Assembly: GCA_965644295.1 (NCBI GenBank)
Contig: CBFFRP010000263.1
Span: 124,001 to 188,000, forward strand
Reading direction: 5' to 3'
Length of the DNA: 64,000 nucleotides
Origin: Paraphysomonas bandaiensis
Taxonomy: Eukaryota > Protista > Chrysophyceae
This document shows positions 1 to 14,301 of the stretch, one piece after another. The notes under the pieces were generated by a model that saw only the letters and a list, made by a program, of their open reading frames with translations, did not search any database and was not told the origin of the DNA. Positions within the stretch are counted from its first letter, which is position 1, and every line of letters starts with the position of its first letter. A program made the position numbers and the translations under genes.

Positions 1-340
1 TATGTATGTATGTATGTATGTATGTATGTATGTATGTATGTATGTATGTATGTATGTATGTATGTATGTATGTATGTATGTATGTATGTATGTATGTATG
101 TATGTATGTATGTATGTATGTATGTATGTATGTATGTATGTATGTATGTATGTATGTATGTATGTATGTATGTATGTATGTATGTATGTATGTATGTATG
201 TATGTATGTATGTATGTATGTATGTATGTATGTATGTATGTATGTATGTATGTATGTATGTATGTATGTATGTATGTATGTATGTATGTATGTATGTATG
301 TATGTATGTATGTATGTATGTATGTATGTATGTATGTATG
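1..340. repeat. (TATG)n tetranucleotide microsatellite, followed by a short (TG)n run
   Basis: Perfect TATG tandem array from the window start to ~340, then tgtgtgtgtg. Confidence 0.99.
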
Positions 341-399
341 TGTGTGTGTGTGTATTTGATATGGTGTATGTGCAGTGTTGGTGTGTCAGATCATTCAAT

Positions 400-2654
400 A
401 TGGTCGGTCTCGTGGCAGCTATATTCTGTCTATATCTCCAAATAACAGAGGTGGATGGCGATCCCCCCTCATGCTGCTCTCATCTCCCCGTGTCTCTAGA
501 CAGGTGTTTATCCCCCGTATCGTCTAATGGATCTGTCAGTATCATCACTCCTGTATCTGCATATCTATCTGACAGCAGCGCTCATGCAATAGCATTAAAT
601 AGCTTTTACAGTCACTACAATAAATACTCTCTTTATACAGTTGATACTGAGGGAAATGATCGTCACTGGGATGCAGTCAGCCGCCTCTACAAGACTCTCA
701 TGCTGCAGTCAGACAGAGGTGTTGACTATGTCGTATATATCAGTAATGATGTGGTGTTCATTGATTACAGTATGAGGATTGAGTTATTGGGCTCGCAGTA
801 TAAATATGCGGATATCTTTTTATCAAGAGAGGACCGAATTAGCAGCAATGTGAGTTTGAACGTAATAATTGCACGGAATACAGAATGGACGATCGAATTT
901 TTGTCAAGGTGGCTGTCTCGGAAGAATGAAGGTGTATATGCTGAAGATGTTCTTCAACAGTTGTTGTTGACATATACTAGTGGTGTACCCATTGACACGA
1001 ATCAACATGCAGATGAGGGAGGGTACATATACCACAGGGTGGCTGTTTTGCCACCCCGTGTACTTGGATCTATACCCCCGGTTTGGCGAACACACAGAAA
1101 AAGTAGTCAGTTTCTTGATCTTTCCCACGAGCATATGGTTTATCGTGCGGTGGCTTTTCGGAGGTTGCACATGAAGGCATGCGAGCGCCTATCATCAATA
1201 AACGGTGAAATGATAGCCGCACCACAACTTATTGGAGTTAAGCTAGAATGGCTTGAGCTTCTACTTTCCGAACTTCCACTGGAGCAAGTATTTAGTGTGG
1301 AGAAACTTTTAGAATGGTGTAAAAATCGTACCAAATTTGAGGTAGAGTGCGCATTTCAAGTATATTATGTCTAACGATGTTGCTCTAGTACGATCAACTT
1401 CGATTTCAAGAAGTTATTGGTGTGTACAATTATATGCAGGAGCTGTTACAGGTAGTTTGAGACATAGGCTTCACATTGTTTAACGCAAGTTATTGAAGCC
1501 TATAGATAGTGCTTATTCTGATGCTTTATTTGTGGGTGATATGGAGAATGGATACGCTATGAGATTGGAGTCGTCACAGCTTGAAATTCTCCTGTGGTGC
1601 TATGTAAACTTAAGAACATTAGCACTTAAGCACATTGATTCAGGTAATATGTACATTTTTGTTTAGGATAGTTTATGAGTGTGATGTGGATTTATTACAG
1701 ATGTTTCGCTGACATATGACTTGGTGACTGAAGTAGAGGCGATATTATTTAGAGCTATTAGCGTTGCTTACGAAGTCATCGAGTTTTGCCTACATGATGA
1801 GACACGGAATACAATGCGAATCCAACTGCTGTTGGAGATCAGCAGAGTCATTCTGCCAAAGATGCGAACCGTTAGCATCGAAGACGGGTTACTGACGTAC
1901 TATGAGTTCAAAACGAATGCTCTCTTGATGCAGCAGTATCAGCTGGCCGGAAACATGGAGGAATATTTAAAGAGCATAGGGACACTTATTTTCAACTGGA
2001 ACAAGCTGGAGGCCGATGAGTATGAGACCATCACTCCTGCTATAAGTAAAGAAGCCAGTGATGTGTTCACGCGTTCTGGAAATACATTGTGCTCCATGGG
2101 GCGACGTAGAGATGGTCTCCAGCTTTTATCAAGGGCGATACGGATCATTAAAAAGCGCATAGAAAGTGCGTTATTCCTCTCCATTTTAAAAGTTCTAATT
2201 AATAACCATTTTGCTTTCACATTCTATATTAGGTGTGTTGTTCTCATCACAAGACTTGTCATCTTTTGAAATTGAGCTTGCAGAAGTTCTCGCACACAGT
2301 GGAATATGTGCCTATGAAGCGTTAGAGCTTAATGGCGATCTTGATGGTACTTTTCTGTGTTTCTTGTGAAACTACCCCCTTACATCTCTACCAGGTGAAG
2401 TGACTGGCCTTTCTGAGGAGATGCGAGCTATACGAAATATATGCCTGGAGCACTTATTAAAGTGCACGGAAATATACTCTGGCCAGTTGAATCTCGATAA
2501 TTCAAGCGAGAAGTTACTCCGCAGCGTAAAAATGTATATTTCGCATTTGCAAGGGCCAACGACTAAGAAATCGGAGCGGTCATTTATGAATTCTAATAGG
2601 AAAGAAACACGTTTTATGCGAAGAAGAAGAGTAGACTTATTAGGTAGAGATTAA
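400..2654 (+). CDS. Secreted/Golgi GT34 (GMA12/MNN10 galactosyltransferase)-like protein with C-terminal TPR-like helices, multi-exon
   Basis: Signal-like MVGLVAAIFCLYLQ. GT34-like segments HWDAV, DYVVYISNDVVF, ADIFLS and IIARNTEWTIEFLSRW. ORFs 1721-2269 and 2400-2654 are joined by short GT-AG introns, e.g. 1342-1388. Confidence 0.55.
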
Positions 2655-4031
2655 CAATTTTTCTTATAGTAAACTCAGTGTAGTAGAATATGAATTAAAA
2701 ATTCCCCTATCTTGTGCATGTCTTCTGTTTTTACATAGCGTGAAGAAGCATTGCACTTATCAATTACGATATATAACATGAATGACTACCTTTAAAATAA
2801 ATAAAATCTTCTTATCTAACAAGATATCAGTTATTATTTTATCATTACGTTATTTTATTATAAACGGCAGACGCCCATGTATTTTGTAACAATAGTATAT
2901 AATTCCCTAGCCCGGGCCTTTGCACCTAGATGTAGATTGAGCTTCTCTATCAATACACATGCTCGGTATGTTCATAAAATGCTGACATATGTTCAAAAAT
3001 ATGAGTGACATAACATGTATGAGTCCGATCATACTCTAATCAGTTAGATAACGTCTCATCAATAATATTAATGGAGTTTTAAAACCGACCTAGCAATACT
3101 ATTGCAATATGGTAGTACAGTTATTTAGTAGTTGAGCACTTGCGTGAGTTCCATCTTTAGTGCTAGTTATTAAGATCACCTGGTAACTAAACCCATTATG
3201 CAGCCAGACAAAGACTACCTACTGTCTACCGAGTCACAACTTTCCTCATACTCATTTTCTGAGCCATCAATGGTGGTGTTTTTATCACTACATTCATTAA
3301 AAATTATCGTACCACACTATGCAAAGTATCGATTAGCCTCATAAGTACCATCATAGCAATATTAAGTGTAGTATGATGTATACTTTTGCACATCCCTGAA
3401 CAGGCGTTCACATGTATTACAAGTACATTTCTCAAGCCGTCTACAAGGGGGGTGATATCGAAATTCTGTCGATATGTAGGCGTTGAGTAACACAACTCTG
3501 TAAGATCCAAGGCATGACTATGTCTGTGCACACACGTATATGTATCTGTCAATAGAATATCCAATGAAAACGAAGGAATCGCTTCTGATATGCTATTCTT
3601 TGTATCTGCTGCTCTTTCCTTCGTATTTTTCACATGATACGTTGAGACAGAATTATTATTTTTTTCTTCTGGTAGTGTGGACTGTTCCTATATGTATGTA
3701 TGTATGTATACATATGTACTGCTGTATGTCTGTATCTCGTGATCGAAGTGATGTCTCAAGTCAGAAGTGTTCCAATCAGCCGATAGATAGCTTGAGGTAT
3801 GTGAATGTGTGTGTTGTATATGCATCTTATGAGTCGATGACTTGAAATCATATTCATTACATTCATACTGCCACGAATACAGACAATGTCCAATCCCTTG
3901 TGAAGGGGCGCCGTCCAAGGTGTCGAGGAGAGTGACCCCAAGTGAAATCTTATGAATAAGTTGTTTTGAGTTCTGTTAACTGAAGTACATACATATATAT
4001 TATTAATTAATAGTTTATCCCTTGTGCTCAA

Positions 4032-7000
4032 ATGGAAGGAGAATTAGCCTCATCAAGCTATTTCGTTGGTTCAGTGAACCGATTTCTTCATATATCAGAG
4101 CAAGAAACATCCAGTGAGTCGTGTGATAATAAGAAAGATAATACAGCAGAGCTTATGAGGAAAGCGAGAAAAGCAAAACAAAGACAGCGTCTCTGTAAAG
4201 TGACGAAAGAGTCGTCTTCAGAAGCAGAGAAGCGGTTGATTACGAGAGACGCCTCTATACGAAAAATTCAAAACCAGTGGCATGCGCATTGCAGAAAGCG
4301 GAAGCAGTTGGCAATTAGGAAGGCTACCCTGCATTATTATTTGCTCACTCTGCATCAGAGAAAAATATATTTAAACCACCTCCATAATATTAGGGCTCTG
4401 CAACTCTGGTGGCGCAATATGTATGCAGCTAAAGTCTTAGATTTTGAGGCTCGATTTACACAGAATGGTTTATGGACATTCCGTCAGGCGCATATGACTT
4501 TTGCTGTATTGCTGGGGTATCGTGTCCGGCGCCATATGAAGACTTGTCACGAAATCCAGTCTGCGTTAAAATCACTGCAAGACGCTAGGCGTGTCCTTGA
4601 AGGTATCATTAGTGACGTAAATGCAACCGTAAATCTCCCTGAGAAAAGGTTGACAGTTGAAGATCTTATTGCGCACTGCAATTCCCGCAATAAGTACAAA
4701 CATAGTGTCAGCAGTAGTTTGAGTGGTATAGATTGGCCCTTCGTGCACATGTTTGTCAAGCAGGTGAGGAACAGCCGTGCCATCATTTGGAAATGCACGA
4801 TTGGATCCGCCAAGTGGGTCGCTTTGCCGTCGCCAGGGTATTGGGATATTTTAGCTGGTAGAAAGCATAGCTCCCACCGGGCACAGCTAGCATCACCACA
4901 GATTGGGGTTGTTGAGGCTAACTCTACATTGAATGGCAGCTGTGAAGAGGCGCATGTTGGAGAACAAGAGATTGCAGTGGAACCTGATAATGACGTTGAT
5001 GCATCAGCAGCTCATGTTAAGATTGGTAAGCTACCGAGGACACCACCAGCCAAAGTGTCGTGTACTGCTAGTACCACAACCCCATCACCATCGTCTAGTT
5101 CTATTGCATCTCCTACGATCCCACAGAATAGCGGGAGCGAAACCTCTCCGCCCTCTGGGGGGACACCAGTTGCACTTTCCTCTTTGCTACCACTACAGGA
5201 GCGGTCTACACAATCACTTCCGAGATCTAATTGCAGTGAAGGGCAATTGTCGCCCGAGAGAGCACGTAGTCTGAAGGCAATATTGCAAAAGCAACATTCC
5301 AATAAACAGAAGGTGACCCCACAAGTTCTATCGCAGTCCATAGCTTCCCACCCGTGTCACCCGCACACCAGAGACGAGAAGCCTGCTCGTCCGTTAACTG
5401 CCCCGGAACCATATCCACCGTCGCATATGACTGGTTCAAGGCCACCCGCTCCACAACCGATGGCCTCATGTCCGAAAAGGCGCAAGACAAATACTCATAA
5501 GCCTCACTTACAAATCGATGTCGTTATGGCAGATAAACTTAGTGCACCAAAGAAAAAGGTAGGATAAAATTACAATGTTCTCAGATGAGTACATCTCTGC
5601 GTCGTCCACTCTAGTACACTGGGAAATGTGCTGTTTTTCATATTCGTGACACTATTGCACCAGTATATGGGTCTTGTGCTGACTGTGTGCAACCAGGGTG
5701 GCGATGTAGACCGCAAGCCTGGATTCAAAGCATCCCTTTTTCTTCCTTCTAAACCTAACCTTAAGTGCTCGCGTAGTGATAGTCCTCCCACTGTAGGGCT
5801 CAGCTCGATGAAACTGGTATGTGTGCACAGGATGATGTAGTGTTTCTGATATTTATATCTTGATTAGGCAAACAGTGCCACTTACGATTGCAACGTACCG
5901 ACTTTGAATCCCGTTTGGAATCATACTGTGTATTTGCCTCTCCCTACACCCAGCCCAGGTGCTGATGCTCCTGCCCAATGGGGTGATGTGCTGCTTAAAG
6001 ACTTCTGGAGCCTGGGATATATAAAGATCGAGGTATTAGATGGTGATCGATTTAACGAGGATATATTTCTGGGAGAGGTAGACAGTCCTCTCTGATTTGC
6101 CAAGTATATGTCTTAGATGTCTTGTTTCATAGGCTGTGTTGCTAATGTCAGGGTTTTTGGACCTTCGGCCAGGATCTGCTACCTGCACTGACTATAAAAC
6201 GATGTCAGGTGTATTTCCATTATCGAAGCGCTCACCCAGTGATCGTGTAACCGGGTCCATACATGCCACGGCGTATCTTCATATGCCGATTACCATTGCA
6301 CCAGAGAAAAGTTCTCAATCTCCACAGTGTGGACCTCTAAATCATCGCCCATCGGACTTATCTCCTATGCTCTCAGAGAAAGCAAGTGAACCACACACTC
6401 CTGTGTCTTCTGGGATAAAGTCGGCGCTACTTCGGATTAGTCCGATTTCCTCATCTGATGGTATGACGGCCAGTGAGCGCCGGCGTCGAAGAGCAACTGC
6501 CGGAGCTGTTGAAGAAAAAAATATAAGCGACATCGCAGGTGACGGGACAATTCAAGGTTCCATTCACCGTAGTAGTAGCCTACCAATGCCCACCTCAAGC
6601 AGTTCACCCGCGAGGCCTGGTTCTTCTCCTCCATACACCAGCGAGAGAGATGAAACTGCAGGTAGTAGGTTTCCTTTCTATGTTCCACCAAAGGTGGAGG
6701 CACTGCATGCCCGTCGTTGTAGCGAGTCTTCCAAAAGTAGTCACAAGTCCAAGGAATGCATACTCGGCACTGATAGTAGAAAGACTAGGCTTGATGCACA
6801 GGTGAGAAAGTTGAACAGTTTAGCCAACAGTCTGCAAGTCGATGCAGAAGTGGCAGTCCAGAGTCTTAGTAAGAAACTACACAACAAGAAAGTAGGACAT
6901 AAAAATATCAACAAGTGTGAGCGTGAAAGGGATTGTACTTCAGAAGTGGAAGTACATTCTAAAATCGAGGGCCAGAAATATAGCCGAATCTATGGTAGTG

Positions 7001-7140
7001 ATAGGAGTAAATTGGTATTGGGTGATCGCCATGGGACTTCCAGGACCGCCTTAGCAGATGCGGAGTCAGTCATGGAGCGATTTAGAATGAGGCTGAATGA
7101 CAATGGGGTGGGTGTTAATAGTATTAGGCCTGGTGTATGA
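4032..7140 (+). CDS. IQ-like motif plus C2-domain protein with Ser/Pro-rich low-complexity regions, multi-exon
   Basis: IQNQWHAH and LQLWWR are IQ-like. C2 hallmarks LQIDVVMADKL, PTLNPVWNHTVYL, IKIEVLDGDRFNEDIFLGE and FPLSKRSPSDRVTGSI are spread over short exons. Confidence 0.6.
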
Positions 7141-7560
7141 TAATCTATGTTCTACGTATCTGCGGTCAGTTTTTATGTGTTTGGTAGTGATGTTAACCTC
7201 TGCAAATTGAGCATTACTATAGTACGTTAGTTGCCATATAATAATTGAAATTTCTCTCAACCTGTGGTAAATGTTGTATACATATATTTCTAGAATGTAT
7301 GAGCACTTTAAACCGGTCTGTCGTTACTGAAAACAATATATTAACTATTCCCTCTTAACTTATACTCTACACAACGCCCTAAGTTGTCGAAAGAACAACT
7401 CTCACAAATACATATTACCAGGCTACAACACATCATCAGCACCATCCATATTGCTTTCTATTAAGTACTTCTACTTTGATGTATGAAGACGACTCAAAAA
7501 CGCAGTTTCGATATATCAATAAAACGTAAACAATCCGACGCGGAATTGCAGGGTACTAAA

Positions 7561-10500
7561 TTATCTATGCAGTAATACGCATCGTTTGCCCGCCATGTAG
7601 AGCCCATCACTAACTGCACGTGGAAGTACGACAGGGAGCTGAAAAACTTATTAACAGTTAATGGACACATCTTTAGAAGACTCACCTCATTCTCGCAGTT
7701 TTCATCAACAGACCTTGCAGACAGAGTTCCGAATACTTCTTCAGATAGCCCATCAATGTCAGCGCTGTCCTTCAAGAAGGAGCCCATAATCTGTGTATGG
7801 AAGTATAACTATCACTGTATACACATTCAAAATTGGTACCTGGCGAATAAAAGTAAAATCGATAGCAAGCTGAGTGTAGCTTAGTTTTCCGAGTGTGTAT
7901 GTCCGCATTGCTTCCAAGGATGCTTTCAGAGATGCCTGATATTTTGTTTAAATATAGCACAATAATGTACGTTAAAACACGACACGAACCTTCATTACAA
8001 GGCCCAATATGCCTTCCAGAGACAATGACAAATTCTCAATATCATAAACTTTTATCTTCCTTGAAAACATGCGCTCAATATCCAACTGAAGGCCATAATT
8101 ATACATTGGCTGTCCCCCTTGGTGATATCCTGACGTCCCTCCGCGCGAGGTCATCGAGCTTCTACGTCCTCCACCAGACATCACATCTCCTCCCCGTGTA
8201 TCACTTCCAGTTCCTCCCTTTGAACGAATCTGATAAAATCACGAATATGAAGCAGTTCTAACAAAGTCACACGATGGAAATATACCTGAGGGGCAGGTGG
8301 TGCCTCATTGAGAATAACACAGCAAAATAGAGTCAGATTGTCGGCAGTCTGAGCAAAATCTACCATATGAGAAGTAACAGTTAAATCTCGAGGGTCAATC
8401 AGAGTGTCTCTCGCTCTTGTGTCGGTTTGTGCAGCAGCTGTAGACAAAAATGCACGATGATCAAAGAGGTTACAGAGAAACTATAGGTCACCTTTTACGG
8501 ATTTGTGCATTGTAGATACAGCAGCATTTGCATGATACGTAGAAAACGCCTCCAACAAAAGCATAGACGACCCCTCAAGTCGAGAAGAACATCTATATTA
8601 TAATACCGGCATCACGAAGGAATCACACAATACCACTAAACATAATCTAACCTCTCCCGTAGTACAGAAGTGGTGGTGGCAGACATATCATTCGCCCTTA
8701 GCGCAACTTCCAATCGCCCTACACAGCGTATCAATCTGGCGACAAGCGTAAATCATACTTCAAGACATACCAGTTAGAGTTGGAAGTAGTTTTGAGAACA
8801 TGACAGCAGCCAGTAGACACATAGCCGCATCCTTTTCACTGGCGGGGGCGTGATACGCTGCCTCCTGTACCGTCACACTTTCAGAATATATCTCTGACCT
8901 CTCGAAAGGCCTCATCGCCGCACCACCATACTCTTCTGCCATTTCGGCCACAGCATTACAATACCTGTTATACGGTTGCATTAATCCATATCACTATGGG
9001 TAGCCTAGACATGTATCGCACCTAAGCATCAACTTTGCTGAGCTATCTGCTACGCCAACCCGCGTTACAGCATGCGTATCTACCACTTGCCGACCGTCCT
9101 TGCACACATCTCCAAAGACATCATCAAACCTAAGAACAGTCATAAAAAATACCGCAACGAAAGGTGTATGAAATCTCCTTCTCTATTTATGGCATAACAC
9201 AATGCAAAGAATCTTCATGGTATGCAGTACTCACGTTCCTAATAGCCTCTCCATGATCCCCATTGACCTTCCCATTTGTGAGCTAAACACAGATCGAGCG
9301 GATGGGGCATCGTGACTCTCTATCTCCGCTGCAAGTGCCTGCACATACCACAGTGAACAGACCAGATGTGGGCATTTAATGCCAATACCTTCCGGCAGTT
9401 GCTGCAATCTTGCAGCTCGGGAATTGCAGCCAGCATAGCATTCTGATACAGTTGACAATTACCAAGGACTCTCTCATACCGTATTAGACATATATCAGCC
9501 ATATACAAGACATCTATCACATTTACTTAGCCATTACCTCAAGGTATTTCAGCCGCTTGCTGAAAGAGCTGTTGTAGTGCTCATCTAGCACAGCCAACAC
9601 GCTCTCGGCTACCCCATCAGCGTGTGGAAGGGACGCATCACACTCAGGCGGGCGACACGATTCTGTCCCCGAGTCTAAATACTGACAATCCAAGATCAAC
9701 TGCCGTGTGAGAGCGATCCATACACCTCTCTCTTCCTCCAGCTCAGGCAACACTACTCCACGAGGTGTCATCCGGCTTGAAGTGCTTCCCCTTTTATCGT
9801 GACTTGAGGTCGACGTGCGATCTGTAGAGCCATCAATGTTTTCTGTCGGATCCGACTCAGAGACAGCAGCTCCAACAGAATTATCAGTTCCGGTATCTTC
9901 CTACAAAAACACTCCAATCAGAACATATCGCTACAATAGCTTAATAAAACGCGCAAAATGCTAGAAAATATGTTTAGATATACCTCGGCCTTCTTGTACA
10001 TATCCTCATATTTAGAAAAGAAGTGATTCAATGGTTTCAGAATGCACTGAACATACTCAGGCATCACAATACCAATCATTGCCTGTAGCTCGTCATAAGC
10101 GGCTGCTCTAGATATACCAGTGCCCTCACTCTCAACCGAATCACCCTGTGCTTCGTCATCATAAAACATCTCTCTTATACCCTTGCTGGACTCGATCAAA
10201 CCCACCACAAGACTTTGGTGAAATGTGCGCACATAGCCCACTGTAAGCACATTCTTCTTGTCGTTGTCTCCACTTTCAGAATTATCTTCTCCTGTGGAAC
10301 CCGATGATGAAACCGTACCGGAATTGTGTGCCTCGATTGCTGCAGTTGTCTCCGTCATAAATGTTTTAATCATTTTCAAGGACCTAATTGCGTTGTAAAG
10401 AGCCTAAATTCATATGAATGTAACATCCTACCTGTATTTATGTGCCGCCAGAAACTTCTGAATAACAACGTCTCGTGGGCATTCCATCATTCGAAGAATA

Positions 10501-11348
10501 CCAACATACTGTGTAAGTTGCTGGGCCTCAAGAATACGGGAATCGAATAGTGATAACACCTGCATGGACACACATGTGACTAACACATCAGACTTAGAGC
10601 ATAATCGTGTACATACCTTCTTTTGAAGCTCTTGCATCATACACTCTGTTTTTTCTTGGATTTTCTTGAAAGAGAGCACGTGGCTTTGTTTCGTCAACAC
10701 CTAGACGACTTCATTAGGTTCTCATTAAATCATTAAAACCAAATTTATTACCGTCACAGTTTTCTTGTACAGTTGAATAGCTGCCTTGTACATCTCCTCC
10801 TCAATCATTTTCTCCAGTCTCTCAGGAAGCTCCGACAAAAACTCTAACCGGTTCAAAAGTCGTTTGATTCTGACTAACTTGTCTATCTTTGAACGCTTAA
10901 GAGATAGACTCTGATCGATATCAGCTGTTTTTTTGGTGATGCTTTCCATTTTTACACGTACACTTTCCATGTCATCATCCATTGCTTCGACATTCGTTTT
11001 CATTTTCTTAATTGTTTCCGTAGCAGATATAAACTTATTATAGTTCTCATACACAAGCATTTGCATATCGCTGTCTAATGTCTTAATATCGTGCACCATT
11101 TTGATATCCTCCTTAAGCAGCACCTGCACCTCTGTAGTCAATAGTAAATTCTTAACATAATCCTGATGATTAAATCCAACAGCATCAATATCAGAACAGT
11201 TTTGTTCCTCTGATTGTCCCGGCTTCGTCTCTTCCTCTATACCATAATAAGAGCTCAGCAGAGACATCATCGTATTGCCTCCTTCTCCGCTGTCATCAGA
11301 CCGTGTTTCCAGGTCATCACTGTCGCTGTCACTGAAATGATCACTCAT
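7561..11348 (-). CDS. VPS51: Vacuolar protein sorting 51 (GARP/EARP complex subunit), multi-exon
   Basis: LLSSYYGI and DIKTLDSDMQMLVYENYNKFISATETIKKM (Vps51 N-terminal domain); LNRLEFLSELPERL; C-terminal LDIERMFSRKI. Spliced end reads ...GKRCVLLHR* with the stop at 7561. Confidence 0.9.
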
Positions 11349-11924
11349 GGTGTTTGGAACCCACGCGGGAGGTATGGAGGTGCGATGTTGTGCAGTATGA
11401 TTTCGTGGGCTATTGTAATGCACAGAGCCGATGCTGAGATCCTCTGCATGCATACATATACATGTGCTGTACCGTACTGCTGCAGCAGTGTAGTGTGGTA
11501 TAGTAGTATGTATAGCGGTACGTATACAAAAACTACTGTGATATCATACATCTGCAGGCCTCGTAGGTAGGTACAAGTACAACTACACATATACAGCAGT
11601 ACATCCATGAATAGGTGTTCCTACACTGTATACCATGATATACACGTGTACGTACAGCAGTTTATATAGTTGTATAGTTGTACAATACTGTAGGTATTAT
11701 TCCTACATGTGCTTGCTCGAGTTTTCTGGTTACTTCTATACGATTTCTGTACGGGACTACAGAAAATTTACGTCATTTTCGAGGATACACACACAATCCA
11801 TACGATGTGTATGGTATGAACTTTTCTGTGGGGTAAATAAAATTGATTGGCGCATTTCCCACATTTGAAACTGTGGAACGTAATAATATTAAAGTAAAGA
11901 CAAACACCTGACAATAATTCATAA

Positions 11925-13032
11925 ATGACGACTATACGAGGTGACGACTCTCTTGCATCTGTTTTGAACATCAATGATGGTTCAAAAAGAGCGACAACTC
12001 CACAGTTTAAACGTAACAGTACACCGCAGAGATCAGGCAGCGCTCCCAGGTCATCCTCTGCTCCTAAATCATCACGGATCGCTCAAGCGTTTGCTGATTC
12101 CCGAACGTCTAATAGACGAATATCCGCCTCTACTTCACGTCGAAAGCGCCAGAAGTGGGAGAATGACAACTTATTCGGACTGCAAATGCTATTGAGAAAA
12201 AAACAGACCTCTGAAGACTCCGCTGTGTTTGATGAATTTGAATCTGACCAGCAATCAAGTGGACCTGACCTCAACTGGAACAGTATGTTTAGTGTGATTT
12301 TGGCAGAAGAGAATACTGGTGCTCTTCAAGCATACCTTGCGTGTTCTCATTCCTTTGACACTCGAACAAAGCCGAGATCCAGAAGTCTTCGGGACTGCTT
12401 TGGGGAGTGGGATCGGGCAATGTTCGCATGGGGAATGGTGGAGAAGCGCCTTCGTTCTGTGGTTATTCGCACGATGTCGAATGTCGAGACCCAAACTTTT
12501 GTGATTGCACTGGAAGACTTACTGCTTGAAATGGAACACCTAGACACACTTTCTAGCCCACCATCCAGTATAGACGTTCCAGATTCTGTGAAGCATTTGT
12601 TTGTTGGTAAGGCCAAATATTCTAGACCTCGCAGTATCAATGGCGGACAGAGCTCACTCGTTGTTTCTTTGGTGGATTCCGCATTCCACCGGCTTATTCT
12701 CCATGCCGTCTGCCAGTTCCATTGTCACCACAGCAAGGTACGCAACACTCGTATACCACCGTGCTTTTATAACCGTTGTGCGTTTTATACAGAGTTTCAA
12801 TGATAGAAAGAGTGGTCATCGTGCTACAAGAATTTCAGCATTTCACTCAAGAAAATGCTCTCATACCATATCCCTTGTACCCTTTGTTCTTTACGGGTCG
12901 GAGATTTTGGCAGAGGAGCATGAAGAGGCTAACCCAACGATGATTAAAGACCCGACTGTTGATAGTAAAGATATAGTATGTGAGTTAGATGGTGAGCCGT
13001 ATGGTTTAGTTGGTGATGATACCACTGCTTAG
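11925..13032 (+). CDS. R3H domain protein (R3HDM4-like, with R3H-associated N-terminal domain)
   Basis: RRKRQKWENDNLF (R3H-associated) and SAFHRLILHAVCQFH (R3H motif); one intron near 12738-12793. Confidence 0.8.
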
Positions 13033-14301
13033 CGTGTTTGTCAATCTATGGAAAAACTGCCGTCACATTGTATCTTTTAATAATACGTTGGCTATTGAGC
13101 GAAGGGCCTAGTATTAAGGCTATATCATGTGCGTAATATCGCCTAGATATTATTTATTACTACCGTATTTTCATATTTCTCTACTGAAATACAGACCCTT
13201 TGTTTCCCTTTCCCAGATCGAGATCCTAGTTTACATTGGTCAAAATTCATTATATAGTTTTCTAAACATCGTATTTAGTAAATGAAGCTTGAAAATTAAC
13301 CTTAAATTTGTCTTACTTCTTTTTAAGTACACTAAAATATAACTAAAATAATTCGTAAGAAATACATTTCTTCGTTTCCAGTGCTTGTTATTATTTAATC
13401 CATCATGTAGGAAGGTACTAGTTGGAACAGGTTTGAAGGTCTTGGAATATTTTTAATGGGATCTATTATTTAACCTAGTCAATTCGGTGTAATTTCATAG
13501 TCACACAAAAAGTTGGTGTAAAAACGTAAAAACCTAAGTAGTGAATGTCTTTATTATTATTATTATCGCATTTTCATTAACTAGTGCTTAACACTGATAT
13601 TCAACTGCTTAAAGCTGCGAGAGATGCTCGTGCGTCACCGCCGTACCAAGCTGCAACCTTGCAACATTTATCGCTCTTGAGTATGTGTGGGAGGCTGACC
13701 ACCAACGTATAGTCCTTCGGTGTCAAGGTGCGGTTAATCAGGGGTCGGCCTTTGAGGTAGGGATCAGCGAAGCTTGTGGGGTGGTCAAAATTATGTAAAT
13801 GGGAAAATAGTATTCCGAGAGTGAGTTGGAGGGTGTGATGCATGATGGAGACGCGTAGAATCTGTAGAGTCTCGGACCTCCGCTGGCTGCTGAATGCAGT
13901 GTATAAGATGGACTTAAATAGAGCTGGCGGAGTCACCTACATTGGGGTTCGTAAAAGTGTTAGAAGAGTAGGAGTTGTGTTTCTTCGCCCAGCTGTGTTT
14001 CTATCCTGAGGCACGGTCGGCGGGCCCGAGGTGGGGGGTCTGAAGAAACTAGTCATATTTTTAGTTTACAACAAAAATAGTATGACTAGATTATTCAACC
14101 AATTTGACTAGGTTGAAAATAATTTCTTTTTTAATCGCACGTAGAAGCAACGGTCGACGCTGATTTATTCGGATTTCATAGCCACAAATGTAGCTCAGTG
14201 GACAAAGAGAAAATTGTTTACTACATAACACTGATTGCGAGAAACATGATTTATTAATTACCCAACAGTGTCACTACATTTCGTCATCATTTGAAATGAC
14301 T

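Noticed and set aside
1-340. Telomeric repeat
   Set aside because: TATG is not a TTAGGG-type unit, and the same repeat occurs internally at 62507.
2-445. ORFs made of MYVC repeats (also YIHT/MYVC ORFs at 62305-63018)
   Set aside because: Artefacts of the stop-free (TATG)n microsatellite, which is open in all frames.
2905-2930. Helitron 3' end (gcccgggc hairpin + CTAG); similar at ~14015-14052
   Set aside because: The hairpins are too short or weak and no matching 5' end or second copy is visible.
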